Shown one piece after another: positions 50,029 through 62,988 of a DNA stretch of 64,000 nt. Both the position numbers and the translations under genes were made by a program. The notes below the pieces were generated by a model, which was not told the DNA's origin, did not search any database, and worked only from the letters and a program-made list of their open reading frames with translations. The first letter of the stretch is position 1. Every line of letters begins with the position of its first letter. Origin of the DNA: Phoronis australis (lineage: Eukaryota; Animalia; Phoronida); assembly GCA_002633005.1 (NCBI GenBank), contig NMRA01000016.1:1649860-1713859 (forward strand), given 5' to 3'.

Positions 50029-50462
50029 AATGTCTAGCGGAGTATTCCCAACTGACTTCCCAACTTTGAGACGATAATTGCAACCGTTTTTGCTGAAGTT
50101 GGTCGCGTACAGCTACGGATAAATTGAACGCTAATCGCGGAGTAAACTGAATTACAGTCGATTTTGTACCGAGGACAAAGTATAGTGTGGCAATTGGACA
50201 TGTTAATATATCGTTTGTGGTATAATTGAATCAACATCTGCTGTTGATGTTCCAAGCTAAATTCAATTCGTGGGTACTTCTCGCTGAAGTTTCTTCTCGA
50301 AAACAATTCCGATTCAGTTCAGAGAATCCAGTACACTAAATGTAGGCTTATCACTCGATTTGACTTTTAGACTAATGATCGAATTGAATATTGGAAGAAA
50401 GTCGTTGCTAATAATTTGACCTTACGCTGAAGAACGGACCTGACACATCGAATCGCAACAAG

Positions 50463-51233
50463 ATGACATCAAACTATGAGCAAGTAAACTCGGAGTTGGT
50501 GGAACTCAATGTTGGGGGAGTTAACTATACCACCACCAAAGAAACATTGAGAAATGAAAATTCTCTTCTTGCCGAGATGATTGACGGAAATGTTACGAAA
50601 ATAATGACAGACTGCAACGGCAGGTACTTCCTCGATCGCGACGGGACTTTATTCCGCTACGTCTTGGACTACTTGCGCAATAAGCGTGTCATTCTGCCGG
50701 AAAAGTTCGACGAGAGAGAACGTCTCCGCCACGAAGCTGAACATTTCAAACTGGAAGGCATGATGAGACAGCTATCGATGACAAAGTCGTCACATTTACC
50801 TCCGTTGGCGGTGAATTCCAATGGAGATCACGCCAATGGAAGCTCTGGCCGGCAACCGGGATACATTACCATCGGTTACCGAGGCACTTTCGCCTTTGGC
50901 AGGGACGGGCTTGCTGATGTCAAATTTCGCAAGATGTCCAGTCGAGTATTAGTTTGCGGCAAGGTCAGCATTTGCAGAGAGGTTTTTGGAGAAACGCTGA
51001 ACGAAAGCCGTGATCCAGACCGCGGTTCCAGCGACCGATATACAAGCCGATACTTTTTGAAGCACTCGTCGTTGGAGCAAGCGTTTGATGTACTCGCTGC
51101 GGCAGGCTTTCGGATCGCTGCAAGCTGCGGTACGGGTACGTCGAGTAACACAAGCGATCCTTTAAAGCCGGGGATGGATTCGGAGGAATCAAAATGGAAT
51201 CACTACAATGAATTTGTCTTTTGTCGTGAATAG
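50463..51233 (+). CDS. KCTD16: BTB/POZ domain protein of the KCTD8/12/16 family (Ktl-like; BTB + H1 domain), 256 aa, intronless CDS
   Basis: T1-type BTB domain (VELNVGG..YTT, YFLDRDGTLFRYVLDYLR, EAEHFKL). H1 domain (GYITIGYRG, KFRK, VCGK, EVFGETLNESRDPDR..RYTSRYFLK..LEQAFD..Y.EFVFCRE). In-frame TAA upstream at 50412. The symbol denotes the family; this is a co-orthologue of KCTD8/12/16. Confidence 0.97.
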   Translation: MTSNYEQVNSELVELNVGGVNYTTTKETLRNENSLLAEMIDGNVTKIMTDCNGRYFLDRDGTLFRYVLDYLRNKRVILPEKFDERERLRHEAEHFKLEGMMRQLSMTKSSHLPPLAVNSNGDHANGSSGRQPGYITIGYRGTFAFGRDGLADVKFRKMSSRVLVCGKVSICREVFGETLNESRDPDRGSSDRYTSRYFLKHSSLEQAFDVLAAAGFRIAASCGTGTSSNTSDPLKPGMDSEESKWNHYNEFVFCRE

Positions 51234-54200
51234 TAATGCACGTTTTATTTCTGCGAGAGCACACTGCCTAGTAAATTAGCATTAACATTTTTGAGAAGTT
51301 CGTTAGCAAGAGCTTGAAATTTGACTGTCAAAGTTCGTTGAATTTGGCTGGCATTAGTTCCAAGCTGAACAATTGCCTGTAAAGTCAAAATGACAGCCAT
51401 ACAGACAACTTTGAGCTCTTCTTATGATTGTCAACCTTTACTAAAATGTTTCTAGAGACGTCGAGGAACTCCTTTTCTAGAGTAACACCCAGTCTGCGTG
51501 TGTTGTGCTGTTAAGGTAACTAGGTTGATATTTCACTGGTGGCTATAGTCTTTAAGTAAAACGCCAACGTCTTTCTGGAAATTCATTGTGATTTTGAAGA
51601 CAGGTATGGATGACGAATTAAAAACGGGGATTCAATTTATGAAAATCATTGCAAGTGATTTTGTACTATTTTGACGGAAATTACAAAAAGGCCCATTAGT
51701 TTGATTAAGCCTATTTAGGAGTCACATGAGCTACCGTTTGATGTTGAAGAGAATTTCCCTTGCTGTGAACTGTCATACTAAAGTGCAGTCTGAATACTAT
51801 TGTAAGAAAGACGGAGGGAAAGAAACTAGTGTCACCTCTATGCACGAAACTGGTGACTACGCATTTTACAGGGAAAACGTGTGAACATCAACTCCGCACT
51901 TTCTATCAAAACAAGTTTTGATCCAGGCCACTTACCGAAGAACAGTGTAAATCAAAATACAGTTTCTAAGAGGGAACGCGAGTTGATAAACGCTTTAACA
52001 AACGGCTAGTTTTAAGTCTAAGTCTATTAGTTCATCACCGATAAGGTTCGTTTCATTCCTCGCAACAGCCAGTACATGTACTTCTACCGCGAGCTTAATT
52101 CAGGGGGTTGTTTTTGCAGGAAGACCTCTTGTGCTGGGACAAATAGCGTCAAACTTGACTGCGCCCGATAATTCACCTAGTTATTGCACACATTCAGACT
52201 TTTGTCTGTGAAACAAAGGTTGTCTACAGAAAGCAACGCAATATCGACTTAGCAACTCTACACGTGTTTTCTGAACACAGAAGCCATCTTTACCAACGTA
52301 ACATCGCTGATCGCATTTTTATTCACTTTCATTTTGATTAAACGGGCATTTGCTTATTTAACCACTCTCTTTTTGAAGTAATTTTCTGTGTGCACGTAAG
52401 TCAATCGAATTCTAAATTTACCACGCAAATGAGTTATTTCACCTTTTGTGGTGCGTCCTTGAATTTCTAAAATAGGCTTGCCAATGGTCATTTTGGAATG
52501 TCCACGAACTAATTAAAAAGATAATTATAAGTTTAAGCAGTTTGCATGATATTTTTTCAGCGAAAGAAAAAAACAAGCATTTGCACGCTCCGGTGTCACG
52601 TGCTCCGTGTCAGTCGTGTTTATACAAACACTTCCACCCGATCAGCCGTTCCGTGTTAGCTGCGCCGTGTCGGCTGTCTCGTCTAAATGCTGCTACATGT
52701 TTAATTTCAGCCTCAGTTTCACTGGGTCGGGGTTGGTGAACTGGCCATCCTAACTCCATCCGTACGTTTAACCAGATATTTAACATTGGAACAAACAACT
52801 AATACAGAAGTGCATCCTCTGTAGGACTTCTTTTTTAAAAAAAGCCAGGTTTTATCTTGAGAAAAGTGTAAGAAGACAAAATCGAGTATTAAAAACTCTC
52901 AGTTTTTACAGAAGTACAGGGCGGAAAAGAAGCACGTTCGACCTCTACTGCAAGTACTTCTGTAACAGTTGAGTCTTGAAGGCTTAAAACGTGAATGCGG
53001 AGTCGAATTCTTTTCATACACACTGCTGCACGCTCTAATACCCAGAATAAACTGCGTCAATACGCTGTCATCCGAAAATTGGATTTTCCAAACAAGATCC
53101 CATGAAGTCAGCGTCGCGTTTGTTAGCAGTCACGTGACGTGTCAATTTTCTAAAAAAATCATAATTGCAACCCTAGACGTAGATCAAATTAAGAAATCGA
53201 TTTTGTCTGTATTCGTGATGTCAGTTTATCATTTAAATTGTAAAAAGGTTATTAGATTGCTTCAACGCTGTCATGTATGTGTGTGTCTGTGGAGTTCTCA
53301 CGTTTAAATGTTACACTAGACGTGTCTGGGGATAGGGCTACTGTTTCCCAGAAGGAATAATGTTATTGCGGCAATATGAAGATATTTTATGGTGTGAATA
53401 GCTATTTTTAGACAAATGCATTGTACAGCATCTACATATCTGTCAACTATAATAATGAGTTTTAAGAATTGCACTCTTCAAGGTTTGGATTTCATCTCTT
53501 GCCCGACTGTTCCTTGATGTGTAGCTTGTAGAGATGGGGCATCACACGTACGCAACTTAGTTTTTTGTCCACTTTGGCGGCTATATTATTTCAGCACCTT
53601 GTATAGAACACTCATTTGGAACTATATGCGACAGACAATAATACACTGGCGTAATACAACAACTATATACGATGACGTAAACGTGTGGAGAAAGGTTTTA
53701 TCAAATCGACTGCGTGAAGAAAGGTTTTGTTAGATTATTGACTCCAGTCATGACGACTTGGTATACATCTGTGTTGTGGAAATTTGTCACCTGGTCAGTT
53801 GAAATATTTAAACTGTTACCACCACCATGATGTATATTCTCAATCTTAAAGCTAGGTGGCGCTTTGCGTTGAAGCGGATTAGCCAACTTGATACAATCGA
53901 GGTCGAATGACTAAAACAATCAACATATCTCACTTCGTTCCCAATACCGCTGTTTAAAATTATGAACACGATGCCGCCTTACTAGATTTTCGAAATTGCG
54001 CACGACGCTATGACTAATCGTGTTCACCTTTCAGACAATACTTTATTGGTGATATTTTCCCCGTTTTGTTATTCAAGAGCCATACTTGAACGGGCAATTG
54101 CATTTTCGACACCATGACAGTGTGAGGGAAGTGTATAGAACCGGCCATTCCAACCAATCCAATGTTACACAGAATAGAATGTCAACCGATGTTCTGTGTA

Positions 54201-54318
54201 TTGGCACCAAGTCTATCTCTATTTATTTCTTGTGTTATTTAATATGAGCACATTGTTATTTATTATATATGATAGCTGAGTTTTGTTATCTGTGAATGTA
54301 TAGTTTGATCTCTTTAAC

Positions 54319-54324
54319 AATAAA
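54319..54324 (+). terminator. Candidate polyadenylation signal of the KCTD transcript (3' UTR ~3.1 kb)
   Basis: AATAAA preceded by an AU-rich tract (TATTTATT, TTATTTAAT) at 54220-54270. An earlier AATAAA exists near 53046. Confidence 0.45.
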
Positions 54325-57300
54325 TATTATAGAAAGTTAAATCGTGTAATTGTAAATAATTTCAACTTCATAACAATCCACTAGGTGGCATGCGTACAAA
54401 CAACTCTATTCCTTTGTCGATATACATTTTCCATATCATACATCGGCAAGTAATAAAACACTTCTCCGAAAGTCAATGCAATATCCATGTTGTGTAACTC
54501 CTTTGACACGTACACCAGAAGTAAGTTACTCGGTTAGATTGTATGGATTATCTGCGCAACTGAATTGCAAAAACGGCGAGCGGGCTGGTTCTAGATATCA
54601 CGGATGTAAAACAGCTTCTGGTTGATTAGACTACACCTGTTACGAGTTTTCACGCTATTTCATTAACCACACATATGACCATAGCAGTATCGAACAAGTA
54701 CCAAATTGGTGCCTGATCTCAGATAATTGCTTTGATCTAAGTTCCAATGAGACTGATTTCTCTACTTTTTTCTTAATTCTTGGAACTGTTTGTCAAAATT
54801 TACTTTCTGCTTCACATGATTTTATTTCCAGCTATAAAGATAAAATACAGTACCGTCTTAAAGTTGGCAGATACTTGTTTTAAAGATTTACATATAATAA
54901 AAAGAATAAACAGAAATTGTTTTGAATTGGGAATATTTTACATTTTTAAAATATTTTCAACCAAAACATCTATTTTTATTGTGAAGAATGTCACGTGACC
55001 TATATTTCCCAGAATGCCACGAACATTGACAAGTGCAGTGTCCCGAATTCATTTTTGACAACTGACCTTTAAAACACAACATTTTTGACAAATAAGGTAG
55101 AAACAAACACAAACAGAATTCACAAGTTCCCATATAAAAAGTCTCCTTTTAGATGTCAAAGGAAATCCCTAAAAACTCCGATTTTTATAATGAATAGCGT
55201 GAAAATGAAAGCCTAGTTTGACGGCCGGAGCGACAGTTTGCGACTGGAGACTCGGAAGTGAGCATAAAAACAAAGCAGCAAGGGCATATCCAACAACGAC
55301 CAGGCCACCACTGACGATGCAGAAAACATCCACAACGTCACTGTACACTGTAAATAACAAAGACGTCGCCCTCATCAACAACAACAAAATTGTCGAACTA
55401 GGACGGCCATTACTTCTCCAACACTAATGACAACACTGCTGCACCGATGTCGCTGACATGAAACTACCACTAAACTCGCCCAAAACGACAACGCCAACGA
55501 CGTCGACGATCGATTGTTGGGACACGCTCAGGACAGCGAGGACAAGCATTGTGACCTCAGCCGCGCCAACGAAGGCGCTGACAACACCAATACCATCACC
55601 CTGACCTTTGTCAGCACCATCATCTTAATCATAACCATCAAACAATAATGACAGAATCGATAAAGAACAAAAGTTTGTACAACCGAGGTCAACGGACGAG
55701 AAATCGAGGAACGATCAGGCAGTAAAACAGCGGTAGTAAAAAATATCAAGTAACTCAAGAACGGTCAGTTATAGAGTTAGCTCACAACACGTGTTGTGTA
55801 ACGTTTGTCGATATCTATCCATTTCATAAAGATCCATCCAATTCGCCGGAGATACAGCTCGGTAACAATTACCGCTATCTTAATAAAATTGAACCATTCT
55901 AGAGACAGTAAAAAGGTAAACGTACACGTAGGTCTACGTGTCATGTAAAAGATAGTAGAGTCTGGATTCCGTGTTGTTCTTGAACCCTGGAACAGCTATA
56001 TTGAAATTCATGTCAATGTTGGCCTATCATCTTCGAACCTTAAACCACGAATATCTTGAGATCCATTAGTTGTATCAAGAACGAATGGCGACTATGAAGA
56101 CGAGATCTATCCACACACCAAGATTCAAAAAACGAAAAGTGTACGTCAAAACGCCGTCAAGTTTTCGGATTTCGAACAAAGAGAAACAGATTCGAGAGTA
56201 ACACGTTACGTGAGAACGTTGCAGCGTCGGACCTCAGTCATCAGCAAATCTCGCATAACTCACGGAAATACTAAGCTGGAGTCTAACCCTCTTTTAATTT
56301 TTGTAGCAAAAAATCGAAGATCTCGAGAACGGGAGGTCGTAGCGAGAAACGGATAGCACACTCACAGATAGCCGTTGATGAAGTCTTTCTACATGACAAA
56401 TTTCTTTGCGAATCAAACATTTGAACAATGACCGTCACAGCGCCATCTTTTGTCATATTTCGCCATTAACAAGGTACATGTTGCCTTGACAATATATCAA
56501 CTTATTTATCGAAATTTAGCGAATTAATAAGAACTAGGGCGTAACACGTTTATGGTTTCGTCATCGGGTGAAAGTAAATACTTAGTAATACAAAGACTTG
56601 TGAATTTCGGTAACGTCAATCCATTCCAGTGTTATTTTCACAAGTAGGAAGAAAAAGTATAATAATCTCAATCTATTGTTTACACGCGTAGAATGAACAC
56701 CGTGCAGTAATGATTGCTGTAAAAGTTGCCACAGAATGTAAGAAAACCATCAGTTATTCAATTTTCCATAACCAGAAATGTTTACTATGCTAATGTTTCT
56801 AGAAAATGTAATGCAACAGTTTTCGAAGCCTAAGTACGCGTACATTTAGATGTGCGATATTTTTAGTCGAGTCCAATAACGTTCCGGCAGATCTCTTTCA
56901 AATGTTTCGTAAACCGCTATCCGCTTGTTCTACTCGTCTGACTGCAAATGCAGTCATGCATTAAAATCCAGGTGAGCCAAATTACACCAACATTATTCTG
57001 ACCTTAACGTAGGCGGCGATACTTAATTGAAACAAGTTACAATCAACAAAGAATAACTTGACTTGCTATTAGCAGACAAATTAAATGCCAGATTCATTTG
57101 GACAAGAACATACTGAGCATTCGGAATGACCATTTTCCGAGAGTATAAACAAACTATCAATCCACAACTTGTTGTTTTTGTCTGCTCTAGCCACAGACTG
57201 GAATTCTACAATTAGATAGCACTGGTGCGATCTGGGCTATAAAGTAGAATTTACACGCTAATTCCTTATCTCTGTGATTGCTTGGTCAAAATAGAAGCAC

Positions 57301-60159
57301 AACACATAGCGACGATGTGAATATGAAGTAGGTTGAAAATTGCGAAATGTTTTTAAGAACGAGTTTTGTGTCCAAAATGATCTGCTGTAAATCACTCAAA
57401 CGTATCCACTAAGTATCGTGACGTGGTGTTGGGGAATATACGCAACATAGCATTTTGCAGGCTAAGTGAACCCCCAAGGCACGTCTTTAGTGCAAATGGT
57501 CACCTATTTGCAGATTTTTTGTTTCCATATTTGCTACATGTCAGTGAATACAACTGCAGTTAGTTTAGTTCATTAAATCCTTTGCATATTTATATCGTTC
57601 TTTACTCACAGATGTAATCTTTTCCTATCATTTTATCTTTATTATGAGTTCCTCAGTCTTTGACTTATGACATTTAATCATAACATAAATCTGGGTTCTT
57701 AATTCAATGAAAATGAATAAGCAAATAGTCCTTAAACTAGTGGCGTTGCATGAAAAGATCCTTACTTATCTCCAATGATATTGAGAATACAACGCAGAAT
57801 TCATACTCTCTTTGTGTCAAAGCCAAAAAGTGACTAAGTAGTGAAACTAAAACAATAAAAGAAAGGACATTCAGTGTTTCCACAAGTCCACGTACACGCA
57901 CTAGATTTAGGGACCTAAGCTGAATTCCTACTCGTGACTGTTCCAGGCAACTGGGCACTATACTCTTGACGTGGTAATTTTGCTTTGACATTTTTACCTC
58001 TTCACGTTTACCTTTCAAATGTTGACAGTTTAGTGTTACATAGGTCTATTTTTGTGCAATGCGTTTTTTGCGAAAAATGACAAAATGCTCAGATTTAAAA
58101 GTTTGAGTATCTTGTATCCTTTTGAATCAAAAATATCTCCTTCTGTTTAAGAGGCACATTTAAACACGGTTATTCATTTAAACAACAAAAACGAGTTCAA
58201 CAAGTCAAGATATTTTTTAAACAATTATTCAATTTTTAAAAACATCCAAAGACTGATCTTAAATAAAAGTCGTAATTAACAGAATCTTCCATTTTTAGTG
58301 ATTTTGTTGGTTCATAAACTTCTTCTGAGTTCTAAACTTAAGAAAAATCACTGAAAGGGTATAAGAGTGATATGTTTGACACAGACTTCAGTTGGGAAAT
58401 ATATCTTCTTTTGCTGGCAAATTGGTAAAGGACAATCCCCATACATGAATGTACATGGAAAGTTTCATTCATCAGTTTATTTTTTCAGATCCAGGTCCAG
58501 GGAACATCTTCGAAAATACTTTGATGCATGCCTTGCCCGAAAAACCATTTAATTTTGTGCCTCTACATGACGGTGATCAGCTTTAAGACCAAAAACTTTC
58601 ACAACCTGGACTAAACCTGAAGCCATAGGTTTCTTACCCTGGTACTCAGGGCAGATGTACATATTGCTCCAAAAATGTTCACACACGCCGGGAATTCAAA
58701 TTCAGTGTGGCCCACACCCTGCACCCGGGCCTACTTTAAGGTTTCACCGGGCTGTAAGAGTAGGCAAGTGAGCTGTCATGTGCTCTGTATGCACGGGAGC
58801 GGCAAATGACAGCAAAGAACGAAAAATTATCACACGCTGCTACTGGAAAGTCAAAAACGTCGAGAAAGTGCAAAGACAACGAATCCCACTCGCTATAGAA
58901 GGCCAAAAAAGCATAGGTTTAGACTCTACAAGAACTCATTTTGAGATCGGCGATCATCCGAACAAAAAAGGAAACACACGTCCGCATCAATTTCAGCAAT
59001 GTTCTGTTGTTTTTTAAAGCTACATAAAGGCAACTAGGGAAGGGTCAACATGGTTAGGAACGCCATGATTCGCAAAGCGACGCTTAAAAATAACAAACTC
59101 CTCATCATGTTTGCTGGTCTCAGGTAGGCTTTGCTTTTTCAAAGTGAGCAAGCAAAATATACCGCATCACCACCTCGATTTTCAAATAAAAAGCAGAGAC
59201 CAGAACCAGCTGTATTTTTGGCCCAATCTACGTCTTCCACGTGGTCCAGAAAGTGGGTTTGTTATTCTGTGATTGGTTAATGCTGCTGTTCACAGCGCCC
59301 TCTGCTGCTCGCTGCTTTTACATAAAATGAGATACTTAAAACTTGGGAACTTTTAATAATGAATTAGATATACTTCATCTAGCCATGCAAGAAAAAAGTA
59401 AACAGCCAGACGAAAGCACATGTGCTCCCGCATGCATGTAAATCCCACTTGATAACCCCCATCGTCCATTTATTCCGGTACTATTTGCTGCAATTACATT
59501 TATCTGCAAGAAAATACGAGCATTGAGACAAAACAGAGATATAAAATTGTAGAATAAGACACATGTTATGTGGATGGCGTGACCCAGAGGGATAAAGGGC
59601 TTCGACCCCATGTCACGTATCTTCCGATTAGAACAACTGAGGCTTCGGAGTCGCCTAAGCTTTCCGCTGTAGGACTTCATTTGTTATCGCCCTATTGTCG
59701 CGCCTGATATGGTCTAAGACAAAGGGTTGCAAAAAGTATCGTTTTATCTGATTATTTTCAAACCAATCTAATACACACTATTCCTTTGAAGATAGTTATT
59801 GTAATTGCATCTTAAGAGATTTACCGAGCGTAACTTTGAAACAGAACATGCAGTGTCCAATGACTAGGGGCAGAAAATCGCGTGCTCTCTGTGTATTATT
59901 TGCCCAGGGCACTGGCGATAGACATTTCAGAATCCGTCCTCCCTTATCAAGTCAAGCATACTAATATATAACGAATGTGTACTCTTTGAAAAAATTAATC
60001 CGCCGGAAGAGTTTACCTGCAAACAATACGCCAAGAAAGAAATTAACACGATTGAAGGGAAACTTAATTTAAGGGCGTTGTGGATGCCACCGTTTTTTCA
60101 TGAAGGTGCGTCAATATGGAACCGGTTCTATTTAGATCCCTCCTCTCATCATGCGGAGA

Positions 60160-60340
60160 AGACAGTGTGTCTGCGGTTTGAGCTTCAGACTCCCGTTTGG
60201 GAGACCCAGGTTCGAATCCGGCGCTTCACTGGCAGGCAATCGAGCATTGCACAAAAGCGTCTTCTACTCCTCTGAGCTCGGTCTTACTAGTGAGCGAATG
60301 AATGCACGCAAGGGAACGAATGTGCCTATTATTAAATTGC
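60160..60340 (+). mobile_element. Decayed tRNA-derived SINE-like sequence
   Basis: B box GGTTCGAATCC at 60209-60219 with a degenerate A box upstream; there is no intact acceptor stem. Confidence 0.55.
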
Positions 60341-62830
60341 CAGTGAAACGATGTTCTTTTTATACTTTATACTTTTGTACTCTTGTTAACTGTCGGTAAC
60401 TGTACGGCATTCCAATACCTATTTTATTTATTTATTAATATGGAACTCAGTGAAGACTATTGACTGTGTCCAGTTTCAGAACATGCTGTGTGTTAAGTAT
60501 AGCTGCGCCATCTATTGAGTGTTACTAGTAATTACTATTACATGAGGGAGATCTACTCTGACGACGACTTCAGCTTCCGCTCAACCGTCATTACGGGGAA
60601 TTCCGAATCATTTTGTCTGAGTACTTCTGACTTATACAGTTTTCGCAAAATCTACTGCATGAGCTCAGGGCACACACGGACTATAACTCGACGGCATGAG
60701 ATAAAAGTTGTTGCATTCACGATTAATTCAAACATTTTGCGTACAGAGAAGAATATGAAAACTTGAATATCGGATAGACGTTAGTGACAAGGTGAGGACT
60801 TAAAGATAAATTAGCGTGTGACCTCAAGACTTGCAAATTATTCGTTACCTTACGTTATAGTCAACCAGTCAAAACTTTCAATTATCTTTGATGACAAAGT
60901 CATGTTATAGGCCACAAGTTGGGAATTGATAAGCGTTTTAATTTAATTTAATTTGGGATTACTCTCTTTAAATTTACCTTATGATAATGAGGTGACTAAG
61001 TAGGTCATTCCACGTCGCTAAGTAAGCACACTCACACTGGTTCATGTCTGGCCAATATGGTTTACATTAACCAATGAAAAGCAAGGTCACATAACTATAC
61101 AGGCATTAAAGCTGCATAATCCTAATGCTGTACGTTTCCATAAATTAAGAACTAAAACTAGACTAGTATGTGTCAAAATCAATCGCAAAAATAGTTGCCA
61201 TGGCAACTACTTGCTCTCACTTGGACAGAATATAATAATATCACCCCTGTCGTAGGTTTGACCCCTCCCCTGGTCGCCATTCATTTAAAGCCACCTTGCA
61301 TGAGTGCCATCCATCCCACCGGTCGTCACCTACTTTTATCCTCAGTCGCCACCTATTTCCAGCTCCCGCACCCTTCTTGTGGCGCCCAGGAGCAACTATC
61401 CCACTTTCGTACCCCGCCCCTCGCTACGCCGATGGGACACATAAAAATGTAGGAATTTTCGGGCAAACTACATATCGACCGGCACTGACGTAGCCAAAGG
61501 GGAGGGGGCACAAGTGAGACATGACAGTCCTGTTCATTCCAAAATAAGACCTCCCCGGTCAAAAATAAATCAGTTTTTGGAAGGTGGGAACACGGAGATC
61601 GCTCTTCCCCCCTCGAAAAGCACACTGCCTAATTTGGTCATGGTTCTGGGTACCACAGTTACAACTAGGTCAACCTATCCAACTACTCTAAAATTCAGAA
61701 TCAGTGTTATTATTCTGGATATTTAATTTATTCTGAAATTAGCATAACAAGACACGATTACTTTTGTTCTTTGATAAACATCCGTGGAGATTACATTGTT
61801 TGCCGAAATGAAGCCTTGACTTTCTCATCTGTCGTCGACGTCAAATCCACACAAATGCTTGGCCGTAATTAATCAACGATATACGCTATCCAACATGAGC
61901 AAGTCCAGTTAGTCGATATCATCTTCCAAGAGCGACAAATCCAAAATATCATAGTCATTTTTGTTGACTATAGCGCCATCGCTAAATTGGGTGTACGTGT
62001 ACGTGTAGCCGAAACAAGAAACAACGCATACGCTAACGTGAACGTGTGACCTCTGATGACTTACGCGTTCGCGTTCGCGTTTTACGTGCAACCGAAGCTC
62101 TCTGATATAGATTTTACGACGTACATGTATATGCAAGCATATACATGTAGTTATAAAGGAACCCCGCTTTTCAATCACTTTCTGTCCTGTTCAAACTCAA
62201 CCAAGCGACAGGGTCGCCTGTTTAGGAATACCTGTGAAACCCTTAATTTCACAACATATATTGGGCATGCCATTTTGAAATGCACTCATAATGAAAGCAG
62301 ATTGCAAAATACGTATACTGTTCATCATATTCAGCTCCAGGTGAGCCACCTGAGCAATAAGTTTTGTGCTTGGGTGGGGTTATGACCTTTACTCTTTTGC
62401 TTAGAGGCTTTTCAGATAACGGGGCAGTGCTGAATATTACGTCACAAAAGTACACCTAATTTTCACAAGCTTATTACATATACTTATGAGTACTATAATG
62501 CAGAAAATTAATTGCATATAAAAACTATGTACATGACAGCTTCTCTGCGAAATGGGAAAATTTTATTGTTCACGTTTATTCCAAGTAGCAACTGTTTACT
62601 TTATACGAGATACGAGAATGGTCTCTTCTGCGTGAATGACTGGATGTTTGTTTTTGTGCTTGTAATGTTTATAAATGATAATAAATACATGAATAAATAT
62701 TATGCAACCGTTATATCGGCCCAGGTAATGCTGCGTGACGCGAACTGGAAATAAACACACAATAGTGTTGGCTTGCAAAGGAGGTAAAGCTCTGTACAGT
62801 TAGATCTCTCCATCCTAACTACAGATGAGA

Positions 62831-62988
62831 CAGGGGCGGATCCAGAATTTTAAAAAGGGGGATCGGATCAAGGATTTCTTAAAATGGGGGTCCAAGTCAA
62901 CAATTTGAAAATTCAAGATTTGATATCACTAAAATCAAGGGAAAGGGGGTGGGGTCCGGATCCCCTTGACCCCCTGGATCCGTCTATG
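62831..62988. mobile_element. CAGGGGCGGATCC-type MITE, same family as 32497-32645
   Basis: Same TIRs and internal AATTTGAAAATT..TATCACTAAAATCAAGGG..CCCCTTGACCCCC. Confidence 0.85.

Noticed and set aside
50876-51264. Antisense ORFs overlapping the KCTD CDS
   Set aside because: They are shadow ORFs of the real coding strand.
55300-55650. CAA/GAC-rich stretch resembling coding sequence
   Set aside because: It is a decayed trinucleotide low-complexity tract with stops and no domain.
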